From Planctomycetota bacterium (lineage in GTDB: Bacteria > Planctomycetota > JAJSAM01 > JAJVHW01): a DNA stretch of 64,000 nucleotides. The position numbers were made by a program, and so were the translations under genes. The stretch covers positions 7,807 through 71,806 of the forward strand of contig JAIOPE010000146.1 in assembly GCA_021414065.1 (NCBI GenBank), given 5' to 3'. The notes under the pieces are model-generated. The model was given only the letters and a program-made list of their open reading frames with translations. It was not told the DNA's origin and made no database searches. Shown one piece after another: positions 18,216-28,904 of the stretch (the stretch's first letter is position 1; each line of letters opens with the position of its first letter).

Positions 18216-21200
18216 TCACTTCGCACTCGTGAGCGCCTGCAACATCACAGCGTACTGCGCCTTCACCTCGCACATGCCCTTGCCGCCGGTCATCTGCAGG
18301 ATGAGCCGGTTCGCCTCGACCGGGCCGATCTCGTTCCTCGCGAATCGGTCCATCACGCCGCGCAGGTCCTGCATGTGTTGCACCGCAGTCGTGTTGGTCG
18401 CGCGCGAGAGCATCGGCACGAGCTTGGTGTCGAAGTCCTTCACCGTGCCGCGGCACTGCTCCTGCAGCGTCGCGAAGAAGCCGAACGCCGGGTGGTGCTG
18501 CGGAAGCGAGTCCACTTTGAACCCGGTGACGGCCGCAGCCTGGCCGGCCCAGGCGGGGTCCACGTTGGCGATGTCCGCGGTCTTCATCCCCTTCTTCCCG
18601 AGCCACGCGAGATCGCGGTACGCCTCGGGGTGGTCACCCGTCGTGAAGCTCACGAACGACTCGCGCCCGGCGCTGCGGCGGGGGTCGTAGCGCATGACGT
18701 CCTTGAACGCCTTCTCGAGGTTGGTCTGGCTGACCTCGCGGAACTCGTGGAGGCCGATCTTGTAGTTGTTCGGCCACAGGCCGTCGAGCCACGCGCGGCG
18801 CGCGGGGTTCGGAATCTGTTTGCCCAGTTCGTTCAGGATGAAGCGCGGCGGCTCGACGACGCCGAGGTCCACGTCGATGCCCGCCTTGCCCGCACTCGCT
18901 GAGTTGCTGAAGAGCTTGTACTCCTGCTTCGCGAAGCCGAACTCGGCCTGCCTCGCCTCGAATCGCTCCTTCACCTGCTTCATCGCGAAGAAGTCGTATG
19001 CGTTGTACTGTCGCAGCAGCGTGAGATTGCCGCTCCGGCCCAGCTCATTCATGTGCATCTTCGCGAACCAGTCCGTCTTGATGAGCTTGTAGACGTCCCC
19101 CGCCTCGCTCTGCAGGCGATCGATGTCCGCGGTCTTTGCGCCCGCCTTCGCCGCGCGCGACACGTCGGCGAGCTTCTCCTGGAACAGCTTCACCGTGTCC
19201 ATGCCCTCGGCACGGCGTTTCAAGTACTGCATCTCCTGCGCGAGTTCCTTCAGCGTCTTCTTCGCGGGCGGCGCCGGGAGGTTCAGGAGCCGCCTGCCCA
19301 GCGGCTCGAATCCGTACTTCATCCCCGCCTGGAGCGCCACGGCTTTGCCGAGGACCCAACCCGCGCCGCCGAGTCCCGCACGAACCTCGTCCACCGGACC
19401 GGCCTTCGGGTCCTTGGCTTGCCGCTCGTACGCATCGAGGACGGACGTCTGATAGGCGTCCATCGCGTCGCTCGCGGCGATCGTGGCCTGGTTGAACGCC
19501 CGCAGCACCTGCTTCGCCGCCTCGCCGGGGCCGCCTTCCTGATACCCGGTGACTCCCTGGATCGCCGCGTAGCCGCAGCGCAGCCAGCCACCGCCCAGCG
19601 ACAGCAGCATCAACTCCGTCTGAGCCACCGACTTCACGTTCTGCGCGCGCTCGAGGCGTTCCTCGGCGTCGATCAGCGTGAGTTGCGCCCCGGCCTGCTC
19701 CTGCTCGAGCGAGCCCATCACACGGTTGCCGAGGGTCGCGATCACCTTCTTGAACCTCGACGGGTCCCCGGTCGCGAGGCCGTCGGTCTTCACCTGACCG
19801 TCGAAGAACTTCCGCAGCGTGTCCTGCTCTTCCGGTGGCGCCAGCGCGATCAGACGCGGGCCGCGCTCGATCAGGCGGTGGATGGTGTCCCACCGGTCGG
19901 CCATCGCGCGACTCTCGGTCGCCATGACCGACAGGTTGAACTCGTCTGCCGCGGTGCGCGTGCGGGTGAAGTTGCCGGTCTGGAGCGTGGTGATGGAGTC
20001 CTGCGCGCGCTGAATCCAGTCCTGCGCCCACATGATCCGCCGGTCGAGCCCCTCCCGGTCCTCTGGCCGCGCAGTCGCGCGTTGCTGCGCGAGCGAGGCG
20101 AGATCCGACTGCTGGACCGCCATCTCCGCCTTGTAGAACTCGATCTGGTCGAGCTTCGCCTGCGCCGCCTGCTCCTCGGGCGTGAGAGTGCGCCCCGCGT
20201 CGGCGGGCTGGGCGGCGGACGGTCGAGCCGGCCGCGGCGCACTCGTTGCCGCGGCCCCGCCCGCGAGGACCACCTTCGTGCTGGGCTCCCAGTCCCAGAC
20301 GTACAGGTACGTCGGCTCTTCGCCGAACTCGCACGTCTTGATGCCACTCGCCCCTTCGTCGTCGAGCGGACGCTTCGTGTTGTCGGAGCACAGCAGGTCG
20401 TACCCGATGGTGATTCGGGCAAAGGCTCGGTCCGGCCCGGGCGCCGGCGTGAATCGCAGCGCGCGGGCGTCATTGCTCGGCCCCGTCTTCTTGTGTATCC
20501 AAGCGCGGGCCTGCGCCCCACCCCGGTCGCCCGCGTCCGCCGTCGGCATCTCGAACGAGGCTCCGGTACGACCTGCGAAGACAAGGTCGCGATAGCCGTA
20601 GTCCGAAGGCAGCGGCGACTTGGAGCGCTTCTGCGCCTCCGCCAGATAGGCCGCTGTGGGCGGCGACTGGCTCACCACCGCAGACAACGAGACCGAAACT
20701 GAGCCGCCCGAGGGGATCACCGCCGGCGGCGACGACCACGTGTGTGTGCTCGAAACCCAGTGGTGTTCTTTGGTCCCGACTCCCGACTCGCTCCGCAGCG
20801 TGGCGCTGGTCGGTGAGTTGCCGCCCGCGACGAGGCGCCACGCTCCGTTCGTGTCGGACTCCCACCGGCCCGGGGCACCGACCCGCTCCCCGAACTTCCG
20901 CGTGAAGCGCCTCTCGTCGTCTGCGGAGACCTCGTCCGCGAGCACCAGGCGAAGGCCGTCCATGATCCTCTGCTGCTCCGGCAGGCAGATGCTCTTCTGC
21001 TTGTCCCATCGCCTCTGCAGGGTCTTCGCGGCGAAGACCCGCGCATCCGCCGACGGCACCTGCTCGGGCAGACCCATCCCGTCGCTGAAGTTCAGCCGGG
21101 CGGAGACGAACACCCAGACGTTCTCGTCGGCTCGGCCAACGTCCACGGCGTACCACTCATAGCGATCCCGGCCCTCGCGACGACTCCATTCGTTTCCGCT

Positions 21201-22205
21201 CGGGTACGCGTACTCCGCCACGAAGTGGATGGCGTCAAATCCGGAGAACCGCGTCTTCTCGATGACGGACGAGCCCGGGACGAACGACTCGGGCGCGTTC
21301 TGCAGTTCGAGCTTGGAGCTCCGGCCGTCGGCGTGGCGGTAGAACGCATCGGTCCGGAGCCGGCCCATGTCGATGTAGGGCTCGTTCACGACCCGGCACT
21401 TGACCTCAGTCCAGACATGCCCCGTGTCGCCGGCCCGGAACTCGAGCGACGGCATCACGTAATCGACCTCGCCGCCCGGCGGGTCCAGGAAGACGCTGCG
21501 GTCCTCTTCCCGCGTGGGGTGGAGATACCGGCCGTACACGTGGGCCTCTTCGTTCCACGGCAGCGGCGGCTCGTCCCACTCGACGCGTACGTAGCGTCCC
21601 GTCGGCGCGAGGACGGCGGCGAGGGCGTCCTCGTGCGCCTTGCGGCGGCGGCGCGCCGACTCCTCGGCGTCGGGCGGGTCGCCCAGAGCGACGATCTGCT
21701 CGACGACCTTCGTGAGCGCGCTGTTCAGCGTCTCCATCTCGCGCCGCGCGAGTTCGGCCTCGTCCATCGCCCGTGCGAGGTCCTCGGCGCTGCCGACGGC
21801 GACCGCCGTGGCCGCCGCGTGCTGCGCCTCGTCGAACGCAGACGCCACCGCGGAGATCGCGTCGCGGACTTGCAGGAACTGGCCGAGCAGCGGATTCAAC
21901 TTGTTGAAGTAGTCGATCACCTTCGGCGTGCAGAACTGGAAGAGCGGGCGCCACTTCGCCTGGAACTTCTTCTCGTCGTCGGGAGTCAACTCGCCGTAGA
22001 CGAGTCGCATCGACTCCATCGCGAACGACACTGCGCCCGCGAACTGCGCCGGCGTGACGCGGTTGACGTCGAGGAAGGGCGGGATCTCCGCGGGCGGCGC
22101 GGCGGGGCGTTCGTCGGCACGAAGCTCGGCAGGTGGTCCCCCGCAGAGCGCAACGCAGACCAGCACCGCGGACGCGACGCCCCGCACGGCGCCGTGCAAC
22201 GTCAC
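18216..22205 (-). CDS. Large secreted multidomain protein with a C-terminal putative nucleotidyltransferase-like (toxin-like) domain
   Basis: About 1330-aa ORF (start uncertain, 22205-22280); signal peptide; coiled coils; Gly-rich hydrophobic helices; C-terminal FSNSASAGKAGIDVDLG...HPEAY. The ORF is well supported; the function is inferred. Confidence 0.7.
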   Translation of the reverse strand: MTLHGAVRGVASAVLVCVALCGGPPAELRADERPAAPPAEIPPFLDVNRVTPAQFAGAVSFAMESMRLVYGELTPDDEKKFQAKWRPLFQFCTPKVIDYFNKLNPLLGQFLQVRDAISAVASAFDEAQHAAATAVAVGSAEDLARAMDEAELARREMETLNSALTKVVEQIVALGDPPDAEESARRRRKAHEDALAAVLAPTGRYVRVEWDEPPLPWNEEAHVYGRYLHPTREEDRSVFLDPPGGEVDYVMPSLEFRAGDTGHVWTEVKCRVVNEPYIDMGRLRTDAFYRHADGRSSKLELQNAPESFVPGSSVIEKTRFSGFDAIHFVAEYAYPSGNEWSRREGRDRYEWYAVDVGRADENVWVFVSARLNFSDGMGLPEQVPSADARVFAAKTLQRRWDKQKSICLPEQQRIMDGLRLVLADEVSADDERRFTRKFGERVGAPGRWESDTNGAWRLVAGGNSPTSATLRSESGVGTKEHHWVSSTHTWSSPPAVIPSGGSVSVSLSAVVSQSPPTAAYLAEAQKRSKSPLPSDYGYRDLVFAGRTGASFEMPTADAGDRGGAQARAWIHKKTGPSNDARALRFTPAPGPDRAFARITIGYDLLCSDNTKRPLDDEGASGIKTCEFGEEPTYLYVWDWEPSTKVVLAGGAAATSAPRPARPSAAQPADAGRTLTPEEQAAQAKLDQIEFYKAEMAVQQSDLASLAQQRATARPEDREGLDRRIMWAQDWIQRAQDSITTLQTGNFTRTRTAADEFNLSVMATESRAMADRWDTIHRLIERGPRLIALAPPEEQDTLRKFFDGQVKTDGLATGDPSRFKKVIATLGNRVMGSLEQEQAGAQLTLIDAEERLERAQNVKSVAQTELMLLSLGGGWLRCGYAAIQGVTGYQEGGPGEAAKQVLRAFNQATIAASDAMDAYQTSVLDAYERQAKDPKAGPVDEVRAGLGGAGWVLGKAVALQAGMKYGFEPLGRRLLNLPAPPAKKTLKELAQEMQYLKRRAEGMDTVKLFQEKLADVSRAAKAGAKTADIDRLQSEAGDVYKLIKTDWFAKMHMNELGRSGNLTLLRQYNAYDFFAMKQVKERFEARQAEFGFAKQEYKLFSNSASAGKAGIDVDLGVVEPPRFILNELGKQIPNPARRAWLDGLWPNNYKIGLHEFREVSQTNLEKAFKDVMRYDPRRSAGRESFVSFTTGDHPEAYRDLAWLGKKGMKTADIANVDPAWAGQAAAVTGFKVDSLPQHHPAFGFFATLQEQCRGTVKDFDTKLVPMLSRATNTTAVQHMQDLRGVMDRFARNEIGPVEANRLILQMTGGKGMCEVKAQYAVMLQALTSAK

Positions 22206-22463
22206 CTGCCCGCTCTGCTGGCCGCCACGCGCGCGTCGCAACCGTCGTTGAACATCGGCACGTTCGACATCTCTCCCCACGTTCGACGGCGGCGAGGTGT
22301 CGGTCTATGACGTGGATCATCGAGAAGCGCCACACTGTCCGGTCGTGCGGCGATGCGAAGCGTCCCACGCAGTTGCACCAGCGTGACCGCAATCGCTCTC
22401 GCATGGAGTGTCCGCGGTGCCCGGGGTGCCCGAACTCCGCACGGCGACTCGGATCGGAGACGG

Positions 22464-25106
22464 CTACCGACTCCAGGTCCTAGACGCCGCTGTCGGGCGG
22501 CGCATCTCCACGGTCGTCGAGAACTCGGCGCTGGATTCTCCGGTGGCGACTCGAAGCTCAACCCGCATCGGTGATTTCACGGAGCCGTCGTCGGGAAGCG
22601 CACCCGGGACCAGACCTTCGCAGACGATCGAGAACGTGCGAGTCCGGCCGGTGTAGACGAACCGAGCCGACGCGCCGGCGCCGAGATCGGCGTCGTACTT
22701 CACGACGCTCGCCGCGCCCGATCCGCGAACGCTGCGCGATGTCGCGGGAAGCGAGAACGAGGCACCGCCAACCGTGACGGCGAGGTCCCCGGTCGGGACG
22801 AACGCCGCGTCGCGTACGGCGTCGAGTGCGCCTGCCACGCGAACCGACTGGCGGCCACCGGTCTTGATCCGCACGCGCGCGTCCTGAGCGATGAACGCGC
22901 CATTGACGAGACCGTCGCGCGTGTAGCGATAGCTGCCGCGGGTGGTGCTGTCGGCGACGGTCTTCCAGTCGAACGGAATGGTCGCGATTCCGTCCGCAGT
23001 GCCGACCGTAGTGCCGATCGAGGTTCCCTCGACGCTGACGCGCACGTCGCGGTTGATCGTCCCGGATCCGTATGTCGGGTCGAGTCCCGCAACGGCTCGC
23101 AGGTCCACGCGGGCGACGCTCGCCTTGAACCGCCGCGTCGCGGCATCGAGTCGTACGGACCAAACCGGCACGGTCCCCGCGGCCGAAGCCGCGCGACCGC
23201 GGGCGTCGAGCGTCGTGCGAACGAACTCGGTGCCCCCCAGCGAGAGCGAGAACGTCGCGCCATCGGTCGCCCGGCCGGCCTGCACATTCAAGGCGCCGCT
23301 CAGCGTGAACGAGTCGGCATCGACGCCGTCCGCGTGCTTCCTCCAGTCGATCGCGAAGGCCGCGGCGTCGGCGAACAGATCGCCGTCGTCGGTCGTCTCC
23401 GGCTGCGCGACGGAGGTGCTCTTCACAGCGAAGAGCGTGACCGCCGCGATCGGCGACAGCGCGACGCCGCCCGCCGCCGCCGGATCCGCTACGCGCCACT
23501 GGAACCACATCGACTCACCGTCGCGGGAGCGGTCGTCGGGAAGCGGGAACGGCATCGTCGCGTACCCTCCACTCGCGATCGTGACCGGCCCGACGAGCGT
23601 CTGCGGCGCCAACTGATCGCCGACCGGAGCACTCGCCGACGCCGCGAGGTACGCGGTGGCTCCGGCGAGCGCGTCACCGATGCCGAGGCGGAACTCGCTG
23701 TTCCCCAGGTACGGCGGCGTCACTGCGACCATCTTCGGTGCGGCCGACGACGTGCCGACGCGACCGCTGCCCGCGACGGTCGGCCCGTGGGTCTTCGTCT
23801 CCGAATACGGACTCGGGTAGTCGAATGGGAACTGCTCGGCCGCCGTGCGCGGGTCGGTGAGGCCCGTCTGGAGGAACGCATCGATGTCGCCCGCGACCTG
23901 GGGCGGCAGGTTGATGCGGGCCATGATCGGGTCGATGTTGTCGGTGAACTGCACCGTGCCCGGCGCGCGCGCGTAGAACCGCAGCACGTCCGGGATGGCG
24001 GTGAGTGCCCCGTTGTGCATGAATGACTTGCGCAACGCGACCGTGCGCAACGACGGCGTCTTGAAGGACCCACGGTCGGCGTTGCTCCCGGAGATCGCCG
24101 CGCGGCCGGTGTCCTCCGCGGGCGGACGCAGGCCGATCGTGTGGAACTTCCGGTCCGTGAACTCCGGCGCCTTGTGGCAGTCGTTGCAGTGAACTGTCTG
24201 GAAGGCGTTCCACCCGCGCTGCTGCGCCGCGTTGAGCGCAGTCGTGTCGCCGTCGATGAAGCGGTCCCACGGCGTCTGGTCCGGCACGAGGGTGCGCTCG
24301 TATGTCGCGATGGCGAATGCAATCCGCTCCGCGGTGATCGCGCCGTCGCCGTACGCAGCGGCGAAGAGATCGGGATATCGAGTCGCATCCGTGAGCACGG
24401 CGGCGACGTCCGGCGGGATGTCGCTCGACAGAGCGAGCGGTGCCGCGCCCTGCAGACGCGCGGCCACCTCCGCCCAGGTGCGCCCGAGTCTGCCCATCTC
24501 GGTGGAGTTGAGAACGGGCCCCACGGCCTGGCTCTCGAGCGCACCGCCGGTCGCGACGCTCACGGCGTTGGTCTGCGGGTTGACGAACTGCGGCGTCGCG
24601 CGACCGTCCCAGAAGAGCGAGTCGGCGAGGGCGCCGGAGAGGAACGACGGTGCGGTGCGCCCGGTCACCTGGGCGTCGAGCCCGAAGGATGCGTGCGGGA
24701 GGTAGTTGCCGGCGGCGTCGCGCTGCACGACGCCCGGGGATCCGAAGACGTCGTCGGCGGTGTTGAACCGGCCGTCGGCGCCCGGGTGCCGCGCGCGGCG
24801 TTCGTCGGCTCCGCCGATGTCGGGCAGGTGACAGGTTCCGCACGACATCGTGTCGTCGGCGGACAACTGCTCGTCCCAGAACAGGATCTTCCCGAGCACC
24901 CGCTTCGCTTCCGACACCGGGTTCTCGACCGGCGCAGGAACTGCCGGCAACGGCGACGCCCAAGCGGCGACGATCGCGGCGCCGACGACCGCACCGACGC
25001 CGAGTCCCGCAAGCGCCTTCGAACGAAGCGTCCGTCGGCCGCTGATCGCAGCCGTCGGGGACTGGGTCGGATAGGTCGTCAACTGCGCGTCGTAGCGGGT
25101 CGGCAT
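22464..25106 (-). CDS. Diheme cytochrome c peroxidase (CcpA/MauG family) with a long C-terminal beta-rich extension
   Basis: ENPVSEAKRVLGKILFWDEQLS..SCGTCH; LFWDGRA; CNDCH; FKTPSLRTV..FMHNG. Confidence 0.88.
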   Translation of the reverse strand: MPTRYDAQLTTYPTQSPTAAISGRRTLRSKALAGLGVGAVVGAAIVAAWASPLPAVPAPVENPVSEAKRVLGKILFWDEQLSADDTMSCGTCHLPDIGGADERRARHPGADGRFNTADDVFGSPGVVQRDAAGNYLPHASFGLDAQVTGRTAPSFLSGALADSLFWDGRATPQFVNPQTNAVSVATGGALESQAVGPVLNSTEMGRLGRTWAEVAARLQGAAPLALSSDIPPDVAAVLTDATRYPDLFAAAYGDGAITAERIAFAIATYERTLVPDQTPWDRFIDGDTTALNAAQQRGWNAFQTVHCNDCHKAPEFTDRKFHTIGLRPPAEDTGRAAISGSNADRGSFKTPSLRTVALRKSFMHNGALTAIPDVLRFYARAPGTVQFTDNIDPIMARINLPPQVAGDIDAFLQTGLTDPRTAAEQFPFDYPSPYSETKTHGPTVAGSGRVGTSSAAPKMVAVTPPYLGNSEFRLGIGDALAGATAYLAASASAPVGDQLAPQTLVGPVTIASGGYATMPFPLPDDRSRDGESMWFQWRVADPAAAGGVALSPIAAVTLFAVKSTSVAQPETTDDGDLFADAAAFAIDWRKHADGVDADSFTLSGALNVQAGRATDGATFSLSLGGTEFVRTTLDARGRAASAAGTVPVWSVRLDAATRRFKASVARVDLRAVAGLDPTYGSGTINRDVRVSVEGTSIGTTVGTADGIATIPFDWKTVADSTTRGSYRYTRDGLVNGAFIAQDARVRIKTGGRQSVRVAGALDAVRDAAFVPTGDLAVTVGGASFSLPATSRSVRGSGAASVVKYDADLGAGASARFVYTGRTRTFSIVCEGLVPGALPDDGSVKSPMRVELRVATGESSAEFSTTVEMRRPTAASRTWSR

Positions 25107-25290
25107 GGTTCTCTCCTCGTCGCGCGGCGGGCCACTGGTGGCCAGTCGGCAAGACACAACGTGCCGCAGGCATGTTGCGAAGACCTGAAGCGGCCGGAGA
25201 CCGCGGTCGCGAACGGCGGTGGCAATCACCGTGGAACTCAGACTCTGCAGATCGTGATGCAGACGAGGTACCCTGCGGTGGGAGGTCCGC

Positions 25291-27315
25291 ATGCTCCGTG
25301 GATTCGTCGCCGCGTTCGTCATGCTCGCGGTTCTCGTCGCGTTCACCGGAAGCCGGGCGCGCGGCGGCGAGTCTCCGCTCGATGACGCCGACCGCCGCGC
25401 GTTCACCTGGTTCGACGGGTTGAGCATTCCGTCGTGCGCGGGGAAAAAGTACGTACGCGTCACGTGGGTGCGCAAGTCGCCGCGGCCGGACGCACCCCCG
25501 GCGGAGAGGCTGTGGGAGACCGACGGGTTCCTCCTCGCAGAGAACGCGAAGCACCGGACGATCCTCGACGCCGACCAGATCGCCCGAAAGGTGACGCTCA
25601 CGGACCCCGACTGGACGACGTCGATCACCCCGCTAGACCTCGCCGCTACGGCCGAAGCCGCCGCCGCGCGACTCCGCGCGATGAAGGACGACCCGGGCGC
25701 GATCGAGCCGATCGAAGCCATCTTCCACGGTGTGCGGCGCCTCCTCGGCGACGAAGCCCAGTCGCTCGCGCTCGCGAAGCACTGCGCCGAGAACAAGCTC
25801 GACGCGCAGGCGCACGCCCTGCTGGAAGCCGCGCGCTCCGTCGCGCCGACCACACCCGGGAAGCCCGTCGCACCGCTCGAGGCGGCGGCCGCCGCGCAGC
25901 TCGTCGTGCCGCTGATGCGTCGCATGGTCGTGGACATCGGCGACGTGGAGATGCCGCGGGCGCGGCTCGTCGAGCGTCTGCGGGCGTGGCGCAAGTGCTT
26001 CGCCGACAGCCCGCATGTCGCCCGCGCCGACGAGGCGATCCGCATCCTCGAGCCGATGGCGAAGGAAGACGCGCAGCACCGCGCCGTCGCGGACGCCGCG
26101 CTCGCGAAGCTGGCGCCCGCGGCGCAAGCGAAGGAACTCGTGTTCCGCCTTCGGGACCAGACCGGCGACATCGTTGATCTTCGGCGCGGGGCCGCCTACC
26201 TCGACCTGGATCGAGGAGACAGTCCGGTCGAGCGACTCGCAGCGCTCAAGTTCGATGCAGTCCCGGCACTGATCGACGCGCTCACCGACGCGCGGTTCTC
26301 GCGCGCGGTGCTTTTTCGGCTCGACGAGACCCTCGACCGGCAGTTCGTCGCGCGCATCGGCGACGTTGCGCACGTCGCGCTCGAGCGCATCACGCAGCAG
26401 AAGTTCCGCGACGTCACGCTGACGCTGCCGTCGATGTTCCAGGACGGCTCTGCGGCCGCGACGCACGCGAAGTGGGTGGCCTGGTGGAAGGAGACGTCGG
26501 CGTTCCCGGCGGCACTCGCTACGATCGCAGCCGAGCCGGACGCCGCGCGGCGTGCCGCGCTGGCCCGGGCGCTCCCGGATCGCGGCACGGGGCGTCTCGG
26601 CGGGGCATCCGACGCGACCTGGGGAACCAAGAGCTTCACGGCCGCCGTGCCGAACCTGGCGCCGGAAGCCGCGAAATCGCTGCTCTGCGTGGTGATCGCC
26701 GAGTCGCCGCATCCCCGCACGAAGGCGCTCTCGGCGTGGGCTCTTCTCGACTTCGGCGACGAGAGCTCGGTCGGATCGATGATCACCGCGTGGCGGGCGA
26801 TGGACGACGCCGCGCGCGGGAACCCGGAGCAGGGAGGCGCCGTGATCTCGTTTCTCGCCGCGTGCGGTCGCGCTGAAGCGGTCGCCGCACTCGCCGACGG
26901 CCTCGACGCGCGTTCGCCTTCTGTCCGTGAACTCGTGGTGCTCGCTCTCGCTGACCGCGGGTTCGGCGCCGTGCGCGGATTCGCGGCCGATCGGCCCGAC
27001 GGCATCTCTGAGCGGTGGTCCCTGACGGATGCGGTTGCGGATGCCGTCGAGGACATCGTCGCGGCGCGCCTGACCGATCTCGACGAGGACCCGCTCGGCC
27101 GTATCCCACGCCAGTTCCCGATCTGCGACAGCATCCCCTCTTTCGACTGCGGTCGGCGCATCGCCGACGCCGCGACCCGGGTGCTCGCGCGGCGTTGGCC
27201 GACCCGATACGTGCTACGCGACGAGCCCGTGCGCTCCGACACCGAGTGGGAGTCGCTGCGCGTCGGATTCATCGATGCGTGGGCCGCAGCGAAGGCCGCG
27301 CGCAAGCCGCGGTGA
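25291..27315 (+). CDS. Secreted hypothetical helical-repeat (HEAT/ARM-like) protein
   Basis: Signal peptide; AVPALIDALTD and similar helical repeats. Confidence 0.7.
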   Translation: MLRGFVAAFVMLAVLVAFTGSRARGGESPLDDADRRAFTWFDGLSIPSCAGKKYVRVTWVRKSPRPDAPPAERLWETDGFLLAENAKHRTILDADQIARKVTLTDPDWTTSITPLDLAATAEAAAARLRAMKDDPGAIEPIEAIFHGVRRLLGDEAQSLALAKHCAENKLDAQAHALLEAARSVAPTTPGKPVAPLEAAAAAQLVVPLMRRMVVDIGDVEMPRARLVERLRAWRKCFADSPHVARADEAIRILEPMAKEDAQHRAVADAALAKLAPAAQAKELVFRLRDQTGDIVDLRRGAAYLDLDRGDSPVERLAALKFDAVPALIDALTDARFSRAVLFRLDETLDRQFVARIGDVAHVALERITQQKFRDVTLTLPSMFQDGSAAATHAKWVAWWKETSAFPAALATIAAEPDAARRAALARALPDRGTGRLGGASDATWGTKSFTAAVPNLAPEAAKSLLCVVIAESPHPRTKALSAWALLDFGDESSVGSMITAWRAMDDAARGNPEQGGAVISFLAACGRAEAVAALADGLDARSPSVRELVVLALADRGFGAVRGFAADRPDGISERWSLTDAVADAVEDIVAARLTDLDEDPLGRIPRQFPICDSIPSFDCGRRIADAATRVLARRWPTRYVLRDEPVRSDTEWESLRVGFIDAWAAAKAARKPR

Positions 27316-27373
27316 TCGGACCGTGTCGATGAACTGGGACGCATCGGATCCCACCAGCAGTAGCATCTCGCGC

Positions 27374-28810
27374 ATGAGTACACGTCACGTCGGTCGGGTC
27401 GGTCTGCTCGTCATCGCTTCGTTTTTCGCGGTGTCCCTCGACGGTGCCTCGTCGGGCGCCTCGGCGCAGGAGAATCCCCCGCTCCCGCCCGGCCTGCCGC
27501 CCGGTTTCCCCCCGATCCCCGGCGGGAAGCCCGGCGCCGAAACGAAGTCCGATCGTCCGGAGCCGAAGGACGTGACCGTCACCACGGCGGACGGGATGCA
27601 TCTCGCAGCGACGTTCTGGGCCGCGAAGGAAACGAGCGGTGCGGGCGTCGTGCTCGTGCACATGTTCGGCAGCGATCGCAAGGCGTGGGGCCCCGTCGTG
27701 AAGCACTTCGGCGCGCGCGGGATCTCGGTGCTCGCAATCGACCTGCGCGGCCACGGCGGAAGCGCGAAACAAGGGAAGGTGGACCTCGCCCCGCGCGTGC
27801 AGAAGCGCGACGTGAAGCTCTTCGCCGAGATGCACAAGGACGCGTTCGCCGCGGTGCAGTGGCTTGCGAAGGACGGCAAGTGCGACCCGAAGCGGATCGC
27901 GCTCGTCGGCGCGAGCGTCGGGTGCTCCATCGCGATCGACACGGCGCGGCAGCATCCGGCGGACGTCGCCGCGGTGCTCTGCATGTCCCCCGGCGCGAAC
28001 TACCTGGGCCTCGATTCCCTCACGCACCTGAAGACGTTCCCCGCAACGGTGCCGCTGACGCTGCTCGTCCACCGGTCCGAGATCGAGGCCGGTGCTCAGA
28101 AACTCGCAGACGCCCGGCCCGGCACGCGTCTCGTCATCTACGACGACGCGGCGCCGAGCGACGCGGCGACGGACAAGACGTGGGCCCACGGCACGAAGAT
28201 GTTGGGCCGCCTTCCGATCGTCGAGCAGACGATCGCGAGCTTCGTCGCCGCAAAGACGGGGTCGAAGACCGAAGACGTCGTGCTCGACGGCATCGTCGAG
28301 CAGGGCGAAGGCGCCGAGCCGTGGGACCAGGCGGTGGACGTCGCGAAGCCCGGAAGCGAGGGCGCCGTGCGCGCGTTCCGCGTCGGACGCCGCGTTCTCT
28401 TCGGCGGCACCGCCCCGGCCGACTTCGGCGGACTCAGGTTCGAGGTCCAGTCGGGTTCGGTGCAGGCCGACAGCAGCGCGCCGTTCCCGATGTCGGGCCC
28501 GCCGCAGGTGGTCGGCGTGGACCTGAAGCTCGGCCGATGGGCGTGGACTTGGGGCGGCATGGGCTCGGTGCCGGACTTTCTCGGCCCCGCCAACGCGCCG
28601 CTGTTCGGGAAGACGCAGCCCCTCCTGCGCGTCGTGAACGCCGGCGACACACTCACGTTCGAAGGCGAGTGGTTCGTGCCTGCGTTGGGCGACGAGGCGA
28701 CGAACCAGGTGCGCCTGGTCGTTATCTTCGACCGCGAACTCCACGGCGGCCCGAACAACGGCGCAATGGACGCGAACCCGCAGTACTCGGTGGAACTCCC
28801 GTCGAGGTGA
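27374..28810 (+). CDS. Secreted alpha/beta hydrolase with an extra C-terminal domain
   Basis: VLVHMFG, IDLRGHGGS, nucleophile elbow GASVG, AHGT. Confidence 0.82.
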   Translation: MSTRHVGRVGLLVIASFFAVSLDGASSGASAQENPPLPPGLPPGFPPIPGGKPGAETKSDRPEPKDVTVTTADGMHLAATFWAAKETSGAGVVLVHMFGSDRKAWGPVVKHFGARGISVLAIDLRGHGGSAKQGKVDLAPRVQKRDVKLFAEMHKDAFAAVQWLAKDGKCDPKRIALVGASVGCSIAIDTARQHPADVAAVLCMSPGANYLGLDSLTHLKTFPATVPLTLLVHRSEIEAGAQKLADARPGTRLVIYDDAAPSDAATDKTWAHGTKMLGRLPIVEQTIASFVAAKTGSKTEDVVLDGIVEQGEGAEPWDQAVDVAKPGSEGAVRAFRVGRRVLFGGTAPADFGGLRFEVQSGSVQADSSAPFPMSGPPQVVGVDLKLGRWAWTWGGMGSVPDFLGPANAPLFGKTQPLLRVVNAGDTLTFEGEWFVPALGDEATNQVRLVVIFDRELHGGPNNGAMDANPQYSVELPSR

Positions 28811-28904
28811 GTTGCGGGGCAGTGGCGGCACTCCGGGCGCCCCGAGAACTCTGCGCGGACCGGGCCACTCGCCGCACGGAGTAGTATGCGCTCCGGAGGC
28901 CGCC

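Noticed and set aside
22259-22287. CACGTTCGAC direct repeat upstream of the large secreted gene
   Set aside because: Only two 10-bp copies; not enough support for an operator call.
25107-26171. N-terminal extension of the peroxidase ORF to 26171
   Set aside because: It overlaps the plus-strand gene 25291-27315; the ATG at 25106 has an RBS and a signal-like region.
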